A stretch of 64,000 nt of DNA from Antedon mediterranea (GCF_964355755.1 NC_092673.1:18969648-19033647); one strand, 5' to 3'. Shown: positions 25,997-38,942, counted from the stretch's first letter. Numbers and translations: made by a program. The notes: generated by a model not told the origin, from the letters alone.

Positions 25997-26958
25997 TGTT
26001 AGATTATGAGTAGCCATAATCTCGACTTGGAAGCAAATAACAACGGATAAAAATAAGATATAACTAAACAGTGTTACATGAGAACTTGAACTACAGTTTA
26101 TTCAGAACTTGTATTATAATATATGTACAGTACAATGAAATGTGATTGGTCAGTTAATAACTAGAAAAGAGGTGGGGCATTCCACCTATCAGTACATCAT
26201 GTACTTATACACCTGTCATTAATAAAGGTGCTAAATCAGATGTGTTTAGTATAACTTGACAACTGACCTCCACTAGGGTATAATTATTGACTGGTTCCCA
26301 GACTACAAGACTGGTATCACTGACAACTTAATGGATCATAACAGACTTATTATAATTAGATGAGAGCCTATACTTCAACAGACTGGTAAACCTAAATTTG
26401 TAATTTGAAAAATTCAGGGTGCTGAATAATAATAATGATTTGCTGTTACCCCTAGCAACACGATATTCAGGCAAAGTCCATTTCAAAATGCGTTATCAAT
26501 AGATGGTTCATAGATTATGTAGTATGTAGAATATTAAAACAATTTTGCTTTATAAAATAAAACAGAAATACAAATTATTGATTAATTGGTTATTGCTTTA
26601 ATAATTCATAAATATTATTGAAAAAAGATAAATTCCCTTTCATCCTTTACATCCTTACATCACTCCTATTAGACTTTGTCATGCACAAACATATATTAGT
26701 ATTTTCAATGTCTGATCATTTTGACCGTTGGTTATCAACGCTTAATTCATAACTTTATAATTTACTCATCAGCGTATTGATTTTATTGAGTACAGAGATT
26801 AGGCCGGCTTTACTCACCAACGTCTGTACTCACAATTGTCCAGAGGGAGGTTTTTGCTGTTTTTTGGGGGTCTAAAATATAGCAGCCGAATTGAATGGCA
26901 GCCATTTGTATTAATTAAAGAAAAGTCATACAGTAATTGGCATTTGTGAAAATGAATC

Positions 26959-28394
26959 CAGGTCATCTTCATGCAGTAACACCAGCATACAGGTCATCTT
27001 CATGCAGTAACACCAGCATACAGGTCATCTTCATTCAGTAACACCAGCATACAGGTCATCTTTATGCAGTAATTCACAAGCATACAGCTCATTTTCATTC
27101 AGTAACGCCAGCATACAGGTCATCTTCTTTCATTAACACCAGCATACAGGTCATCTTCATTCAGTAACACCAGCATACAGGTCATCTTCATTCAGTCAGT
27201 AACACCAGCATACAGGTCATCTTCATTCAGTAAGACCAGCATACAGGTCATATTCATTCAGTAACACCAGCATACAGGTTATCTTCATGCAATAACGCCA
27301 GCATAAAGGTCATCTTCATTCAGTAACACCAGCATACAGGTCATCTTCATTCAGTAACACCAGCATATAGGTCATTTTCATTCAGTAACACCAGCATACT
27401 GGTCATCTTCATTCAGTAACGGCAGCATACAGGTCATCTTCATTCAGTAACGCCAGCATACAGGTCATCTTCATTCAGTAACACCAGCATAGAGGTCACC
27501 TTCATTCAGTAAGACCAGTATACAGGTCATCTTCATTCAGTAAGACCAGCATACATGTCATCTTCATTCAGTAACACCAGCATACAGGTCATCTTCATGC
27601 AGTAACACCAGCATACAGGTCATCTTCGTTCAGTAACACCAGCATACAGGTCATCTTTATGCAGTAATTCACAAGCATACAGCTCATTTTCATTCAGTAA
27701 CGCCAGCATACAGGTCATCTTCTTTCATTAACACCAGCATACAGGTCATCTTCATTCAGTAACACCAGCATACAGGTCATCTTCATTCAGTCAGTAACAC
27801 CAGCATACAGGTCATCTTCATTCAGTAAGACCAGCATACAGGTCATCTTCATTCAGTAATGCCAGCATACAGATCATCTTCATTCAGTAACACCAGCATA
27901 CAGATCATCTTCATTCAGTAACACCAGCATACAGATCATCTTCATTCAGTAATGCCAGCATACAGGTCATCTTCATTCAGTAATGCCAGCATACAGATCA
28001 TCTTCATTCAGTAATGCCAGCATTCAGATCATCTTCATTCAGTAACACCAGCATACAGATCATCTTCATTCAGTAACACCAGCATACAGATCATCTTCAT
28101 TCATTAACACCAGCATACAGATCATTTTCATTCAGTAACACCAGCATACAGATCATCTTCATTCAGTAAGACCAGCATACAGATCATCTTCATTCAGTAA
28201 CACCAGCATACAAGTCATCTTCATGCAGTAACACCAGCATACAGGTCATCTTAATGCAGTAACACCAGCATACAGGTCATCTTAATGCAGTAACACTAGC
28301 ATACAGGTCATCTTCATAAAGGTAACACCAGCATACAGGTTATCTTCATGTAGTAACACCAGCATACAGGTTATCTTTATTCTGTAACACCAGC
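26959..28394. repeat. 31-bp satellite (caggtcatcttcattcagtaacaccagcata), left part
   Basis: Tandem copies, with a longer internal duplicated block. Confidence 0.97.
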
Positions 28395-28555
28395 GCCAAT
28401 AAGGTTGATGTTTATATGCCACAACTCTACAGATCACACATAGACCGATGTAATGCGAATAATGTATTTTAATAACAGTCAATAACTCAATACAACAACA
28501 TGGAAATCAAAGCAACAACGCACGAACAACTCCAGCCCATGAGGGCGCACTGGCG
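28395..28555 (-). repeat. 3' LTR of the Gypsy-like element
   Basis: Matches 37629-37786 except for a small indel; preceded on the minus strand by a polypurine tract. Confidence 0.9.
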
Positions 28556-28740
28556 TGACTACTTTTCTTTCTTCTTCTTTCTTAATCAGTTTTAATCTAA
28601 AACAATATCCTTTAAAGCAATACATGAGAAAAGCAAAACATATGGTAACCGGCATCACAAAATCAAAGCAAAAAATAAAATCATGTTATTCAGAGTGAAA
28701 CTTGTTAAAAAATAAAATAACATGCAAGATCGTAAAACCA

Positions 28741-31670
28741 CTAGTCCATAATAAATTCAGCAAATTGGTTTGGTAGGTGGTGAGAGCGTTGAGGTCTTGA
28801 ACAAGACTGAGAAGTTGGTTCATCGCGAATCTGGTTGTAGGGCGGATCATTATCATGAACATCTTCAAGGACGGTGTTTGTGGCACCGTCGACAAGCGGA
28901 GAAGATATCTCAACAGGAATGACAGGCTGAACTGGGGCAACCACGGTAGGTCCAAATGTATTATCCTCATTGTCCGATCCCTCACTCTGGTACTTTCGTG
29001 AGGTAAGTGTACTAGGAGCAAGTATAGAGCTAGGAACTTTAAAGCATTCGGATCGCTTAACACGGTACGATGTGTTTCGTAACTGGGTTCCACTGAACTT
29101 GCGAACGCAACACCATGAACCATCAACAGATACGACAAGGTATCTCTTACGAGCGTCAGACTTGTTAAGATCTGCATACAGGTATACGAGATCACCCACC
29201 TCCACAAGAGTTGCAGGAGCAAGTTCACGAGTGGGAGCTTTTGAAATTCGACTGTATTTGTGATTAGAGGTGCGTGATGAGTGCTGTTCGCGGATAAGCT
29301 CGAGGTCAGAGAGTGGGATCTGTTCGTGGGAAAACTGGTCACGCTGGGTCCACATCTCACGAGCGGATAAACCACGGGAGCGAATGCGTGAGTTGAGTTG
29401 TGCGGTTGCACGAGCGAGTGCAATAGGCGAGATAAAACCAGCGTCAGGATCCAAACGAAGTAGCTCATCTTCCAGTTCTTGAATAGCCTTCTCGGCAATT
29501 GGATTTTTATTAACATTTTTAAGTCGGCCTATTTCAATACAGATGCGTTCCTGCTTGAGTAATGAGTCATTAACAAGTGCTTGGAATCCGGGTGCCCCGT
29601 CGGCACGGATAATGGCGTGGGGACCATCAAGGGGACGGAGCTCAACGCACATTCGGATAAGAGCGTCACGAAGTGAGTTACGCTGTTCGTTGTCAAGAAA
29701 ACAAGCGACTGTGAATGACGTTACCGCTTCTCTCACAATCAGAATGAATTGACGATTGCGCTTCATGACATCTGCAGCGAACGTAACACCCACAGTTTCC
29801 GGTGGGTCGCCAGTAGACTGATCGATAGAGGCCTTAGGAATTCGGCGAAGGGTGGCGCATTGGTGGCAAGATGAGGTGGTGACTTCGATCGATTTATCCA
29901 TGTCGAGGGCATAAAAATATCGATGTGCCATTTGTTTGAGTTGGTGACAAGTCGGGTGGTCTAATCGGATGTGTAAGGCAGTAAGCAGGCCATGCAAAAA
30001 CGGGCGTGGAACAATAATTCTTTCTCGTGGAAGAGCAAGTGGCTCATGAACGAGAGACACGAGAAGGTTGTCTTTGCTAAGTGATGCGACAGCGAGGTAG
30101 CGTTTGACATCTCTCTTATCGGTAACCTTTTTAGAAGGACGCGTACCTTGGATTAAGTGGGCGTGTACCCTACGTAAATCAGGGCATTCAGATTGTAGTG
30201 AAAGCCATGCGGACCTACTTGTGAAGGGCAACTTGGATTGACCTGTGATGAAATCGTGTGAAGCGATTCTGAGTACAACTGATTCCTCAGAGCGCTGAAC
30301 AAAGGAACATACCTGGCAATTGGCATCAATGCATTCAGGAGCATTGCGGCTTGCAAAGTCTGAGGGAACATTCGCGGAACCAGCTAGGTGTCGAACGGAA
30401 ACCTGGTATCGGCTAGCAGAGGACAGGAAAGTTGATACTCTGGGGCTCACGGAAAATTCACCCCGGCAAAGCTTTTCAAAAGCCTGCACGCACGGTTTAC
30501 TGTCAGTTAAAACACAAGCTCGTTTAGTAGATTGAACAACATATGGACTAAAATGCTTAACTGCGACAGCGATTGCCAGGGCTTCGATCTCACACGGGAG
30601 CCACGTAAGCTGTCGAGCTCTAAGTTTGGCACTAAAGAATCCGGAGATCCGCAGACTATCGTCTCGTCTAATGTATAGTGTTGCCCCAATTCCGTGTCTT
30701 TTTACTGAACCATCAGTGACTATCCAAAGCTGGTCATCTGGATGGGGTAACGTGATTGTTTGGCTGGTTGTGAGCAACTTTTGAGCAGTCTGAAAATCTT
30801 CACAAAGGGCATCACACCACGTGATTTTGTCTTGGGACTGTCGGCCAGCCACAGCATCGTCTAAAGGTGTGAGGATGGAAGCGCAGTTGGGGATAACCCG
30901 TGCGAGCACTTTATACGCCCCAATGAACGATCGGAGGCCCTTTACAGTCTTAGGGGGAGAACACGTAGCGAGCGTCGAAATACGATGTGGATTGGCTCTT
31001 AACGTGCCAAGGGACCATGTCCACCCGAGTATAGTGGTAGTTTTTGGGCAGATAAATGTTTTACTTGCTGAGAGACTGAGGCCGCATCTATAAAGTTCGG
31101 ACAGCAGTCGGCGCCAGTTGCAAAGTAACTCATCTAGGGTGTCTCCTCCGCAGTAGAGATCGTCTGCAATCTTGGCAATGACGCCTTCAGAGAGAAGCTC
31201 TCCTAAGACGCGGCAGGTTAGTTCCTCCAGCGCTGTTTCAGATCCCGGCATTCCCATAGCAGACCTGGCGTATACACGGATTCCTGTGAAGGGCGTGGCC
31301 ACTCTGCAGTACTTCATCGATTCGCGTGAAAGCGGTATCTGATAAAATGCCTTAGTGAGGTCTGTAGAGATAATGTACTTCCACCTAGCGATATGACGAA
31401 GTACAGAGTTTACGTCAGGCATTAGTGAAGGCTGAGGTTTCGCGTATCGACCGACATCCGCAAAGGCGGTTACAAGGCGGAATCCTCCGCTGTCTTTCTT
31501 TACTAAGAATGATGGGTTTAAATATTCTACTTGAATACCCGCATCTTCAGGTCGCACAAAAACACCCATCTTCTCTAAGTCGTCGAACTTCTCTTGAAGC
31601 TCAACAAGTTTGTCTCGCGAATACTGTGGAAGTCTGCCTTTTCGCTGTGGTGGCTGTACAGGGCCCATAT
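28741..31670 (-). CDS. Gypsy pol: reverse transcriptase, RNase H, integrase (uninterrupted frame, cut at its N-terminus by the LINE insertion)
   Basis: DLTKAFYQI, AMGMPGS, IADD; the junction reconstructs as GPFQAVVN|MGPVQPPQ across the insertion. Confidence 0.9.
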
Positions 31671-34600
31671 AAGAATTCACCAACCAGCATAGACGGACGG
31701 ACGGTGCTACTTACAACTGATTATTTCACGATATTTTACACTACTTGGATTTATATATATTTGATCTGAACTGTTAAAGTTAACAAGGAACTGAAATAAG
31801 GGAAGTGACACATTTTATTAGAGAAACCGTTTTTAGACTCATGTAACTAAGACCTCTTACACCTAGGCCCACGGGTAGACAAAAACTGTACCATATAAGG
31901 TTTGATCGGCCCATTTCACCGCTGGGACCCTGATCAAAACCACCGCGTCTTATTGCCCTTGAATTAGCCAATCAGTGCGAGGCGTCGTGTGCTTGGCAAC
32001 AGTATTGTCTATTGTTTCTGTCACAAACAAAATCGTACCATTTCGTTCATATGCAAATACAAACACAAGCACGATAACGTTATGGCGTGTAGAAAGAAAA
32101 AAATCTATGCAGTCGCCGTGGGAAGAAATCCTGGAATATATAAGTCCTGGCTTGAATGCCAAGAAAACACAGATAGCGTTCGTGGGGCCCAATTCCAGTC
32201 TTTCTACAATATGGAAAAAGCCCTTAATTACCTAAAGGCAAATGATGTGCACATTGATAACGTGGTAACTGATATAAGCAATCACAATACTGATAAAGAA
32301 AAAGATGTGCCCGCAAATAGCAATATAAACGAGGCTATTGATACAGATGGAATATCACTTGACTTACCACCGATATTGAATAAGGAATATCCAACACATC
32401 ATCAAGACCAAATCACCCCTGATATTGACATCATCACTGAAACTGAAAACTACATTGATAGTGTAGCTCAACAACTACTACTAGGGCTACCTACACCGAT
32501 AAAAGCATCGGACACTGGAAACACGATTGGTAAAAGCACACAATCTAAATCCCATATAGATTGTAAACATGCTATCAAAAAGTTAGAAAGTTTTTTCGCC
32601 GACACGCTGCTTAATGTAATCAAAGAGAACTGTGATCTAAAAGTGAAGATGATCACAGGCGAAAACAGCAGACTCCAGACAGAAAACAAAAAACTTATGT
32701 CAGAAATAGAATCATTAAAACAAATTCGAAACACACCAAGCTGTCCAAAAAAATCCGAAGAAAACACCAAACTAAGAAAGGATGTCGATAAATCAACTGA
32801 AAGAATAAAACAATTAGAGACAGACAACAGAAAACTACAATCCGACTTACAATCAATAAAATCATATGAAAAACTAATAGCTACTAAAGAAGATCAAATA
32901 ACGACGTTACAAAACAAGATTACTGAAACAGAACGAAAACTATCTAAAGCAAAAGATGAAACATATGAAATAAAAAGAACACAAATAGCTGTTGATACCT
33001 CTGACTACAACATAGTTCAGAAAGCAAAAAAACAACAAACATACGCAGATGCTATAAAAAGTCTACCGATACATCAACATGAAAATCGTAGGAGTACCAG
33101 CGTAGGCGGACCAAAAAGGGGCCAATCAAAAAAAACATCAATAACGGTAATAGGAAACTCGCATCTAAAAAATATAGATGCTCATCGTCTCCTTCCAATG
33201 GCAAATACAACAATAATACAAGCGTATACCCTATCGGACATTAGCGACGCGCTAGAAAACCTCCAGGAAGACCCGGACTGCATCGTGATACATGAAATCA
33301 CAAACACTATAAAAAATATGAGCGCAGAGGAGTGTACAAACGCCCTCTACAGTATGATAAAAAGTTATGCCATTGAATTCCCAAATACCCACTTTATCAT
33401 CTCACTGGGTCTACCGAGAGTAGAGGAACTAAATTACAAAATTGAGATGGTAAACGCAGAAATCAAGCACGCAATGAGACTTGACAATATACACAACTTG
33501 TCATTCTGTGACAACAGCAATTTTCTTAGAAATGGTAACATTATCTACAATTTATTGGCCCAAGACGGATATCACCTATCTCAAAATGGAACAAGTCTAC
33601 TTGCTAGCAACATTCGATGCAAAGTCCAGTTAACCCTCAAGTTACAACGCCCGAGTACATCGTACAAGAGACAGAAGTTAAAACCGAAATAACCAAAGTA
33701 ACATGGAAAAGTCTACTCAAGCAAACCCTGAAAGCGCAACAAGTATAAACAATGACAATCTATCAAATCAAACTGATATATTATTCAATCCTATTACTCT
33801 ATGTAACAACTTTGACGAACAGGATGAACTAACTGATCATAGTCTTGGCAATAAAATATGTACGATAGAGACATGCTCGTATATGAGCACAGACCAGTTA
33901 AATGACTCGGTTAATAAAATAAATAATATCAGCTAAAGTTGTAAAGGAAGTAAAATACAATATTTTAAAGCCGCTGACATATATTTTTAATTTATCACTT
34001 CTAACTGGACTAATACCAGGGAAGTTGAAAATTTCCAAAGTAGTTCCTATACATAAAAAAGGGGACCGCCATTTGGCCTCAAACTATCGTCCCATATCGC
34101 TGTTGCCCATTTTTTCGAAAGTTTTTGAAAAGATTATCCATAATCAATTATACAATTATCTTACAAAATATAAAGTGTTAAGCAACAATCAATATGGATT
34201 TAGAAACAAACACTCAACTTCTCATGCTATGATCGACTTGGTCCATAAAATATTAAATGCATTTGAAAAAAAGGAATATGCACTTACTACTTTTATGGAT
34301 TTGTCAAAAGCGTTTGACATTATCGATCACAGTATTCTGTTGAGCAAATTGGCGCATTATGGTATAAGAGGCATCGTTTTAATGTGGTTTAGAAACTATT
34401 TAAGTGGCCGCAAACAATATGTTTATGCCAACGGTAGATCATCATGTTTAAAAGACACCAATATAGGGGTGCCACAGGGTTCTGTTTTAGGACCACTTTT
34501 GTTTTTAATTTACATCAATGATATAAGTCGAGCAAGTAGTAAAATAGATATAATTAGTTTTGCTGACGACACAACTTGTATAACAAGGGGAGATGACCCT

Positions 34601-35570
34601 ACAATGTTAAACCATACTATGAATATTGAACTAGAAAAAATAAACGTATGGCTTAAAGCAAATAAGCTGTTACTGAATGTCAGCAAAACTAATTACGTTG
34701 TTTTTAGAACTAGCCAAAAGAACTTTGACAAAAACCAGTTTAAAATAAAAATGAATAATGTGTTATTACATAGAAAAGAAAATGTGACATTTCTAGGTGT
34801 AATGTTAAACGAAAATCTTAACTGGAAACATCACATACAGCTTATTAGGAAAAAAATGTCTAGGGCAATTGGTATACTTTTAAAAGTAAGAGAATTCTTT
34901 CCTCATAAAGTCCGTATTAGTCTTTATAACACCTTAGTATTACCTCACCTTCAGTATGGTAACTTAATATGGGGAAATACATACAAGAGCACGTTAGAAG
35001 TAATACTAAAACTCCAAAAGAGAGCTGTAAAATGCATTACCTTCTCTAAATCCAGACAAGCCTCAGAGCCACTGTTTAAGAAACTAAAAATATTAAACGT
35101 TTATGATATTTACAAAGTAAACGTCATAGGATTTATGGCAAACGTAAAATTCAATGAATTACCACATCACATTTTAAATATTTTTAATTACTGTGACAGT
35201 ATTAGGCCTACTCATAACCTCAGAACAGAAACTGAATTCGAAATTCCCTTCACAAGACTAACTTGCAGTCAACAGTTTATACACATATATGGACCAAAAT
35301 TGTGGAAAGAATTCACTTGTAATGGTGGTAATAAACCGGTTATCTTAAAGAAACAAAATAAATGTATAAAAAAACAGGTTAAAAAATACTTTTTATCACT
35401 ATATGCTGATTAACAACACCTTTGTTTATTTAAGTTCTATATACTTGTTCTTGTAAAAGGGTCCTACAAAAAAACGAAGCTATAGCTTTTTTATGCAGGA
35501 TCCCTGTTCTCAGTTGTACTGTAATTATGATGTACTGTAATTGATGACTAAATAAATGTGGAATAAACAT
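31671..35570 (+). mobile_element. CR1/L2-group LINE retaining 5' UTR and ORF1; ORF2 has lost its endonuclease by internal deletion
   Basis: ORF1 31989-33692; ORF2 start 33703-33936 joined directly to RT 34025-35413 (NYRPISLL, DLSKAFD, GVPQGS, FADD); aataaa near 35562; the Gypsy sequence gggcccatat|taacgacggc rejoins across it. Confidence 0.9.
31989..33692 (+). CDS. LINE ORF1p: RNase H1 N-terminal hybrid-binding-like domain, coiled coil, SGNH esterase-like domain
   Basis: IYAVAVGRNPGIYKSWLECQENT...FQSFYNMEKALNYL; heptad-rich middle region; VIGNSH...IVIHEITN...QDGYHLS. Confidence 0.8.
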   Translation: MLGNSIVYCFCHKQNRTISFICKYKHKHDNVMACRKKKIYAVAVGRNPGIYKSWLECQENTDSVRGAQFQSFYNMEKALNYLKANDVHIDNVVTDISNHNTDKEKDVPANSNINEAIDTDGISLDLPPILNKEYPTHHQDQITPDIDIITETENYIDSVAQQLLLGLPTPIKASDTGNTIGKSTQSKSHIDCKHAIKKLESFFADTLLNVIKENCDLKVKMITGENSRLQTENKKLMSEIESLKQIRNTPSCPKKSEENTKLRKDVDKSTERIKQLETDNRKLQSDLQSIKSYEKLIATKEDQITTLQNKITETERKLSKAKDETYEIKRTQIAVDTSDYNIVQKAKKQQTYADAIKSLPIHQHENRRSTSVGGPKRGQSKKTSITVIGNSHLKNIDAHRLLPMANTTIIQAYTLSDISDALENLQEDPDCIVIHEITNTIKNMSAEECTNALYSMIKSYAIEFPNTHFIISLGLPRVEELNYKIEMVNAEIKHAMRLDNIHNLSFCDNSNFLRNGNIIYNLLAQDGYHLSQNGTSLLASNIRCKVQLTLKLQRPSTSYKRQKLKPK

Positions 35571-37473
35571 TAACGACGGCTTGGAAGGGACCGGCTGCGC
35601 CATTATAGCATTTGATATATGCGGATCAAAAACAACATCGAACTCTTCGTTAAGAGATTTAAATCTTTGTTGGATTGTAGGGGGAATGATACGATCAGGG
35701 TCAAGGTGAATTTGCAATGAATGTAGTGTCGATTGTGTGGGGCGTGGTGATGAACTGGTTTTCACAGGAGGTTTACAAGTGTGGTCATTGGTATTACAAT
35801 CGTCCGGGACAAAGACAGGGCGTATCTGACAGAAGTGTTCGTTTCGTTTAAGAACCTGAGGTAATGATGTGTTATTTTCAATGCGAATTTTTCCGTCAAT
35901 GCTGTGAATAGTACCATACTCTGGCCAGGTAGGAGGTCGATGAGTATAGCTGCGAGGTTCAAGGGCGAGCTCATTATCATGAGTCGAAACACCTTCTGGG
36001 ATTTGTAACTCTATGAAGTCACCGGGCCACAGAGTAGTTAAGCTGCTAGGAGCGCGTAATACTTGAGCGCGACGAATGGCAGGGGTCTTAGTAGTGTCCT
36101 TAGAACCGTACGTATAAGAAGAAGTGTTCCCTATGACTACTTGACGTTTCGCTGGACGAATGGCGATGTCATTGTTTTCCATAAAGGGTGTGCCTGCCAG
36201 AATATCCACATCGAGTCGTTCGACTACAAGGCCGTCAAAGAGAAGTTCAATATGGTCGCGGGAAAATGTAATTGTTGTCTCGCCGACAACCTTTAATGGA
36301 GATGAGCCATCTGCTTGGTGGGCTGATTGAGATGATTCTCTAATTTCGGCCGATAGGGCTGTCGCTGCGGCAAGGGAGATCATATTGCCGGTGGCACCAC
36401 TGTCGATAGTAATACGTGCCGTGTGGTGATTGTGGAAAACGTCGAGATAGGGCGACTGTCTGATCTGCACGCGTAGTGCAGCCTGTTCTGTCTGGTTATC
36501 TGCTAAACTGGCGTCATCGCTAACGTCAGTCTCCTCGATACCTTCAATGATTCCGATGACCTGTCTAGCCCTGACCATGTACTTCCGGTCCTGTTCAGGT
36601 AAGTGAATGCATCCACTGAGAAAGTGGGTGTCATGCTTTCGACCAGCCTGTTTGCAAAGAGGACAAGACTTTAGCTGTCGACGAATATGACTAGTAGTAT
36701 TACGAGACGTGCGAGAAGCGCGATGATAGTTGACCGTGGGAGGTGTTGCGAAAGTACGCATTGCGCGTGTGTCTTCTGTAGCAGAGAAGAGAATCCATCG
36801 CTTGCGAAATTTCGGGCTTTATTGTCGCCAGGGTACGATCTCGCAGATCAGTTCCATATCATTGCTTGACTAGACGCGGGAGGTCTTTATGGATAAGGGA
36901 TAACCAGGTTAACACAATAAAGTTCTCCACAGTAGGTGTCATTTCTTCATCCTCTGTGATCGCGACGCCGTGATGATTAATTCCACCTCCAGTGCGTAGC
37001 AAATTATCGTCAGCAAATGCCAATAGTCGTTGATACAAATCTTCTGGACGTTCACCAGCCTCGAGGTGAATAGTGGCAAAGTCTAAGAAGTGACTTCCGG
37101 TCGTTTGGAAACCATAGTGAAGTCGGATGGCCTGCCAGATTTGCGAGATGGACGTGGAGCTTTTAACAATTGTGCTTCGAGAAATAATAGGACAGAAGTT
37201 TGCGATCTGGCCTAGCATGAGCTCGAGCATGTGTACCTTTTGCTGAGCAGTACGTCGACGTGCTCTAGGGACAGTGTCATCATCGTCCTCAAATAGGCGG
37301 AGTGGAGATGCTCTGGTTTTGGGGCCCCATTGTGTGCCTTCCATCAAGAATGGAGCAAAATTTTCATCCAACGAAAGTGTATAAATAATGTTCTGCCGCC
37401 ATGACTCAAATGAGTTTATTGTTTCAGTTTTGGTTAAGCTCCACTGTTTAGGAGCTCTGTTAACGTTCGCCAT
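35571..37473 (-). pseudogene. Gypsy gag and protease, disrupted by a stop (36859) and frameshifts
   Basis: gag [11 protein letters not shown]..., CPLC...H....C knuckle, IDSGATG and ILAG protease motifs. Confidence 0.85.
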
Positions 37474-37627
37474 CCTACCAGCTATATGTGCTGGCTGGTC
37501 GTACGCCTCTGTGTGTTAGTGCGATCTCGTAGATAATGGTATGGATGGGCCTAGGCTAGGCCTAAGTTCAACAACTAATAACTCACTGGTTTTAAGCGGA
37601 AGGTCCGAATATCTTGGGCTGCCACCA

Positions 37628-37786
37628 TGCCAATAAGGTTGATGTTTATATGCCACAACTCTACAGATCACACATAGACCGATGTAATGCGAATAATGTA
37701 TTTTAATAACAGTCAATAACTCAAAACAACATGGAAATCAAAGCAACAACGCACGAACAACTCCAGCCCATGAGGGCGCACTGGCG
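37628..37786 (-). repeat. 5' LTR of the Gypsy-like element
   Basis: Ends TGGCA on the minus strand, immediately followed by PBS TGGTGGCAGC. Confidence 0.9.
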
Positions 37787-38942
37787 CAGCATACAGGTCA
37801 TCTTCATGCAGTAACACCAGTATACAGGTCATCTTAATGCAGTAACACCAGCGTACAGGTCATCTTCATACAGTAACACCGGCATACATGTCATCTTCAT
37901 TCAGTAACACCAGCATACAGGTCATCTTCATTCAGTAACACCAGCTTACAGGTCATCTTCATTCAGTAACACCAGCATACAGGTCATCTTTATGCAGTAA
38001 TTCACAAGCATACAGGTCATCTTCATTCATTAACACCAGCATACAGGTCATCTTCATTCAGTAATGCAAGCATACAGATCATCTTCATTCAGTAATGCCA
38101 GCATACAGATCATCTTCATTCAGTAATGCCAGCATACAGGTCATCTTCATTCAGTAATGCCAGCATACAGATCATCTTCATTCATTAACACCAGCATACA
38201 GGTCATCTTCATTCAGTAACACCAGCATACAGATCATCTTCATTCAGTAACACTAGCATACAGATCATCTTCATTCAGTAACACCAGCATACAGATCATC
38301 TTCATTGACACCAGCATACAGGTCATCTTCATTCAGTAATGCCAGCATACAGATCATCTTCATTCAGTAACACCAGCATACAGATCATCTTCATTCAGTA
38401 ATGCCAGCATACAGGTCATCTTCATTCAGTAACACCAGCATACAGGTCATCTTCATTCAGTAATGCCAGCATACAGATCATCTTCATTCAGTAATGCCAG
38501 CATACAGATCATCTTCATTCAGTAATGCAAGCATACAGATCATCTTCATTCAGTAATGCCAGCATACAGATCATCTTCATTCAGTAATGCCAGCATACAG
38601 GTCATCTTCATTCAGTAATGCCAGCATACAGATCATCTTCATTCATTAACACCAGCATACAGGTCATCTTCATTCAGTAACACCAGCATACAGATCATCT
38701 TCATTCAGTAACACCAGCATACAGATCATCTTCATTCAGTAACACCAGCATACAGATCATCTTCATTCAGTAACACCAGCATACAGGTTATCTTCATTCA
38801 GTAACACCAGCATACAGGTCATCTTCATTCAGTAATGCCAGCATACAGATCATCTTCATTCAGTAACACCAGCATACAGGTCATCTTCATTCAGTAACAC
38901 CAGCATACAGATCATCTTCATTCAGTAATGCCAGCATACTGA
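37787..38942. repeat. 31-bp satellite, right part
   Basis: Same unit and phase as 26959-28394. Confidence 0.97.

Larger units (their letters stand above)
21860..26130 (-). mobile_element. Ty1/Copia LTR retrotransposon, 5' part only (LTR remnant, PBS, gag, Zn knuckle, protease, start of integrase); decayed and split by a LINE
   Basis: gag 25499-26017; CYECKKPGHKAKDC (22516-22740); protease LLVDTGASSH ~22455-22485; WHNILGH...CEVC and LVHSDLAGP (21870-22080); the LTR's outer boundary is approximate. Confidence 0.88.
28395..37786 (-). mobile_element. Full-length Ty3/Gypsy-like LTR retrotransposon (gag-PR-RT-RH-IN) inserted in the 31-bp satellite and carrying a nested LINE
   Basis: LTRs 28395-28555 and 37628-37786 nearly identical; PBS tggtggcagc (37618-37627); PPT at 28562-28582; gag 36859-37473; protease IDSGA (35430-36761); RT IADD, RNase H IVTDGS...EIEALA...TDSK, integrase H-H-CxxC plus D,D,E (28741-31670); satellite bases cagc on both sides. 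Confidence 0.93.

Noticed and set aside
28686-30689. Alternate-frame and antisense ORFs over Gypsy pol, including a possible env-like 276-aa ORF
   Set aside because: They overlap the integrase or RT frame and show no fusion-protein features; shadow ORFs
28395-37786. DIRS/Ngaro tyrosine-recombinase element because of the odd LTR ends
   Set aside because: A DDE integrase, PBS, PPT and direct LTRs are present; no tyrosine recombinase seen
26959-38942. CRISPR-like appearance of the 31-bp and 43-bp arrays
   Set aside because: Head-to-tail monomers with no unique spacers, no cas genes, eukaryotic context
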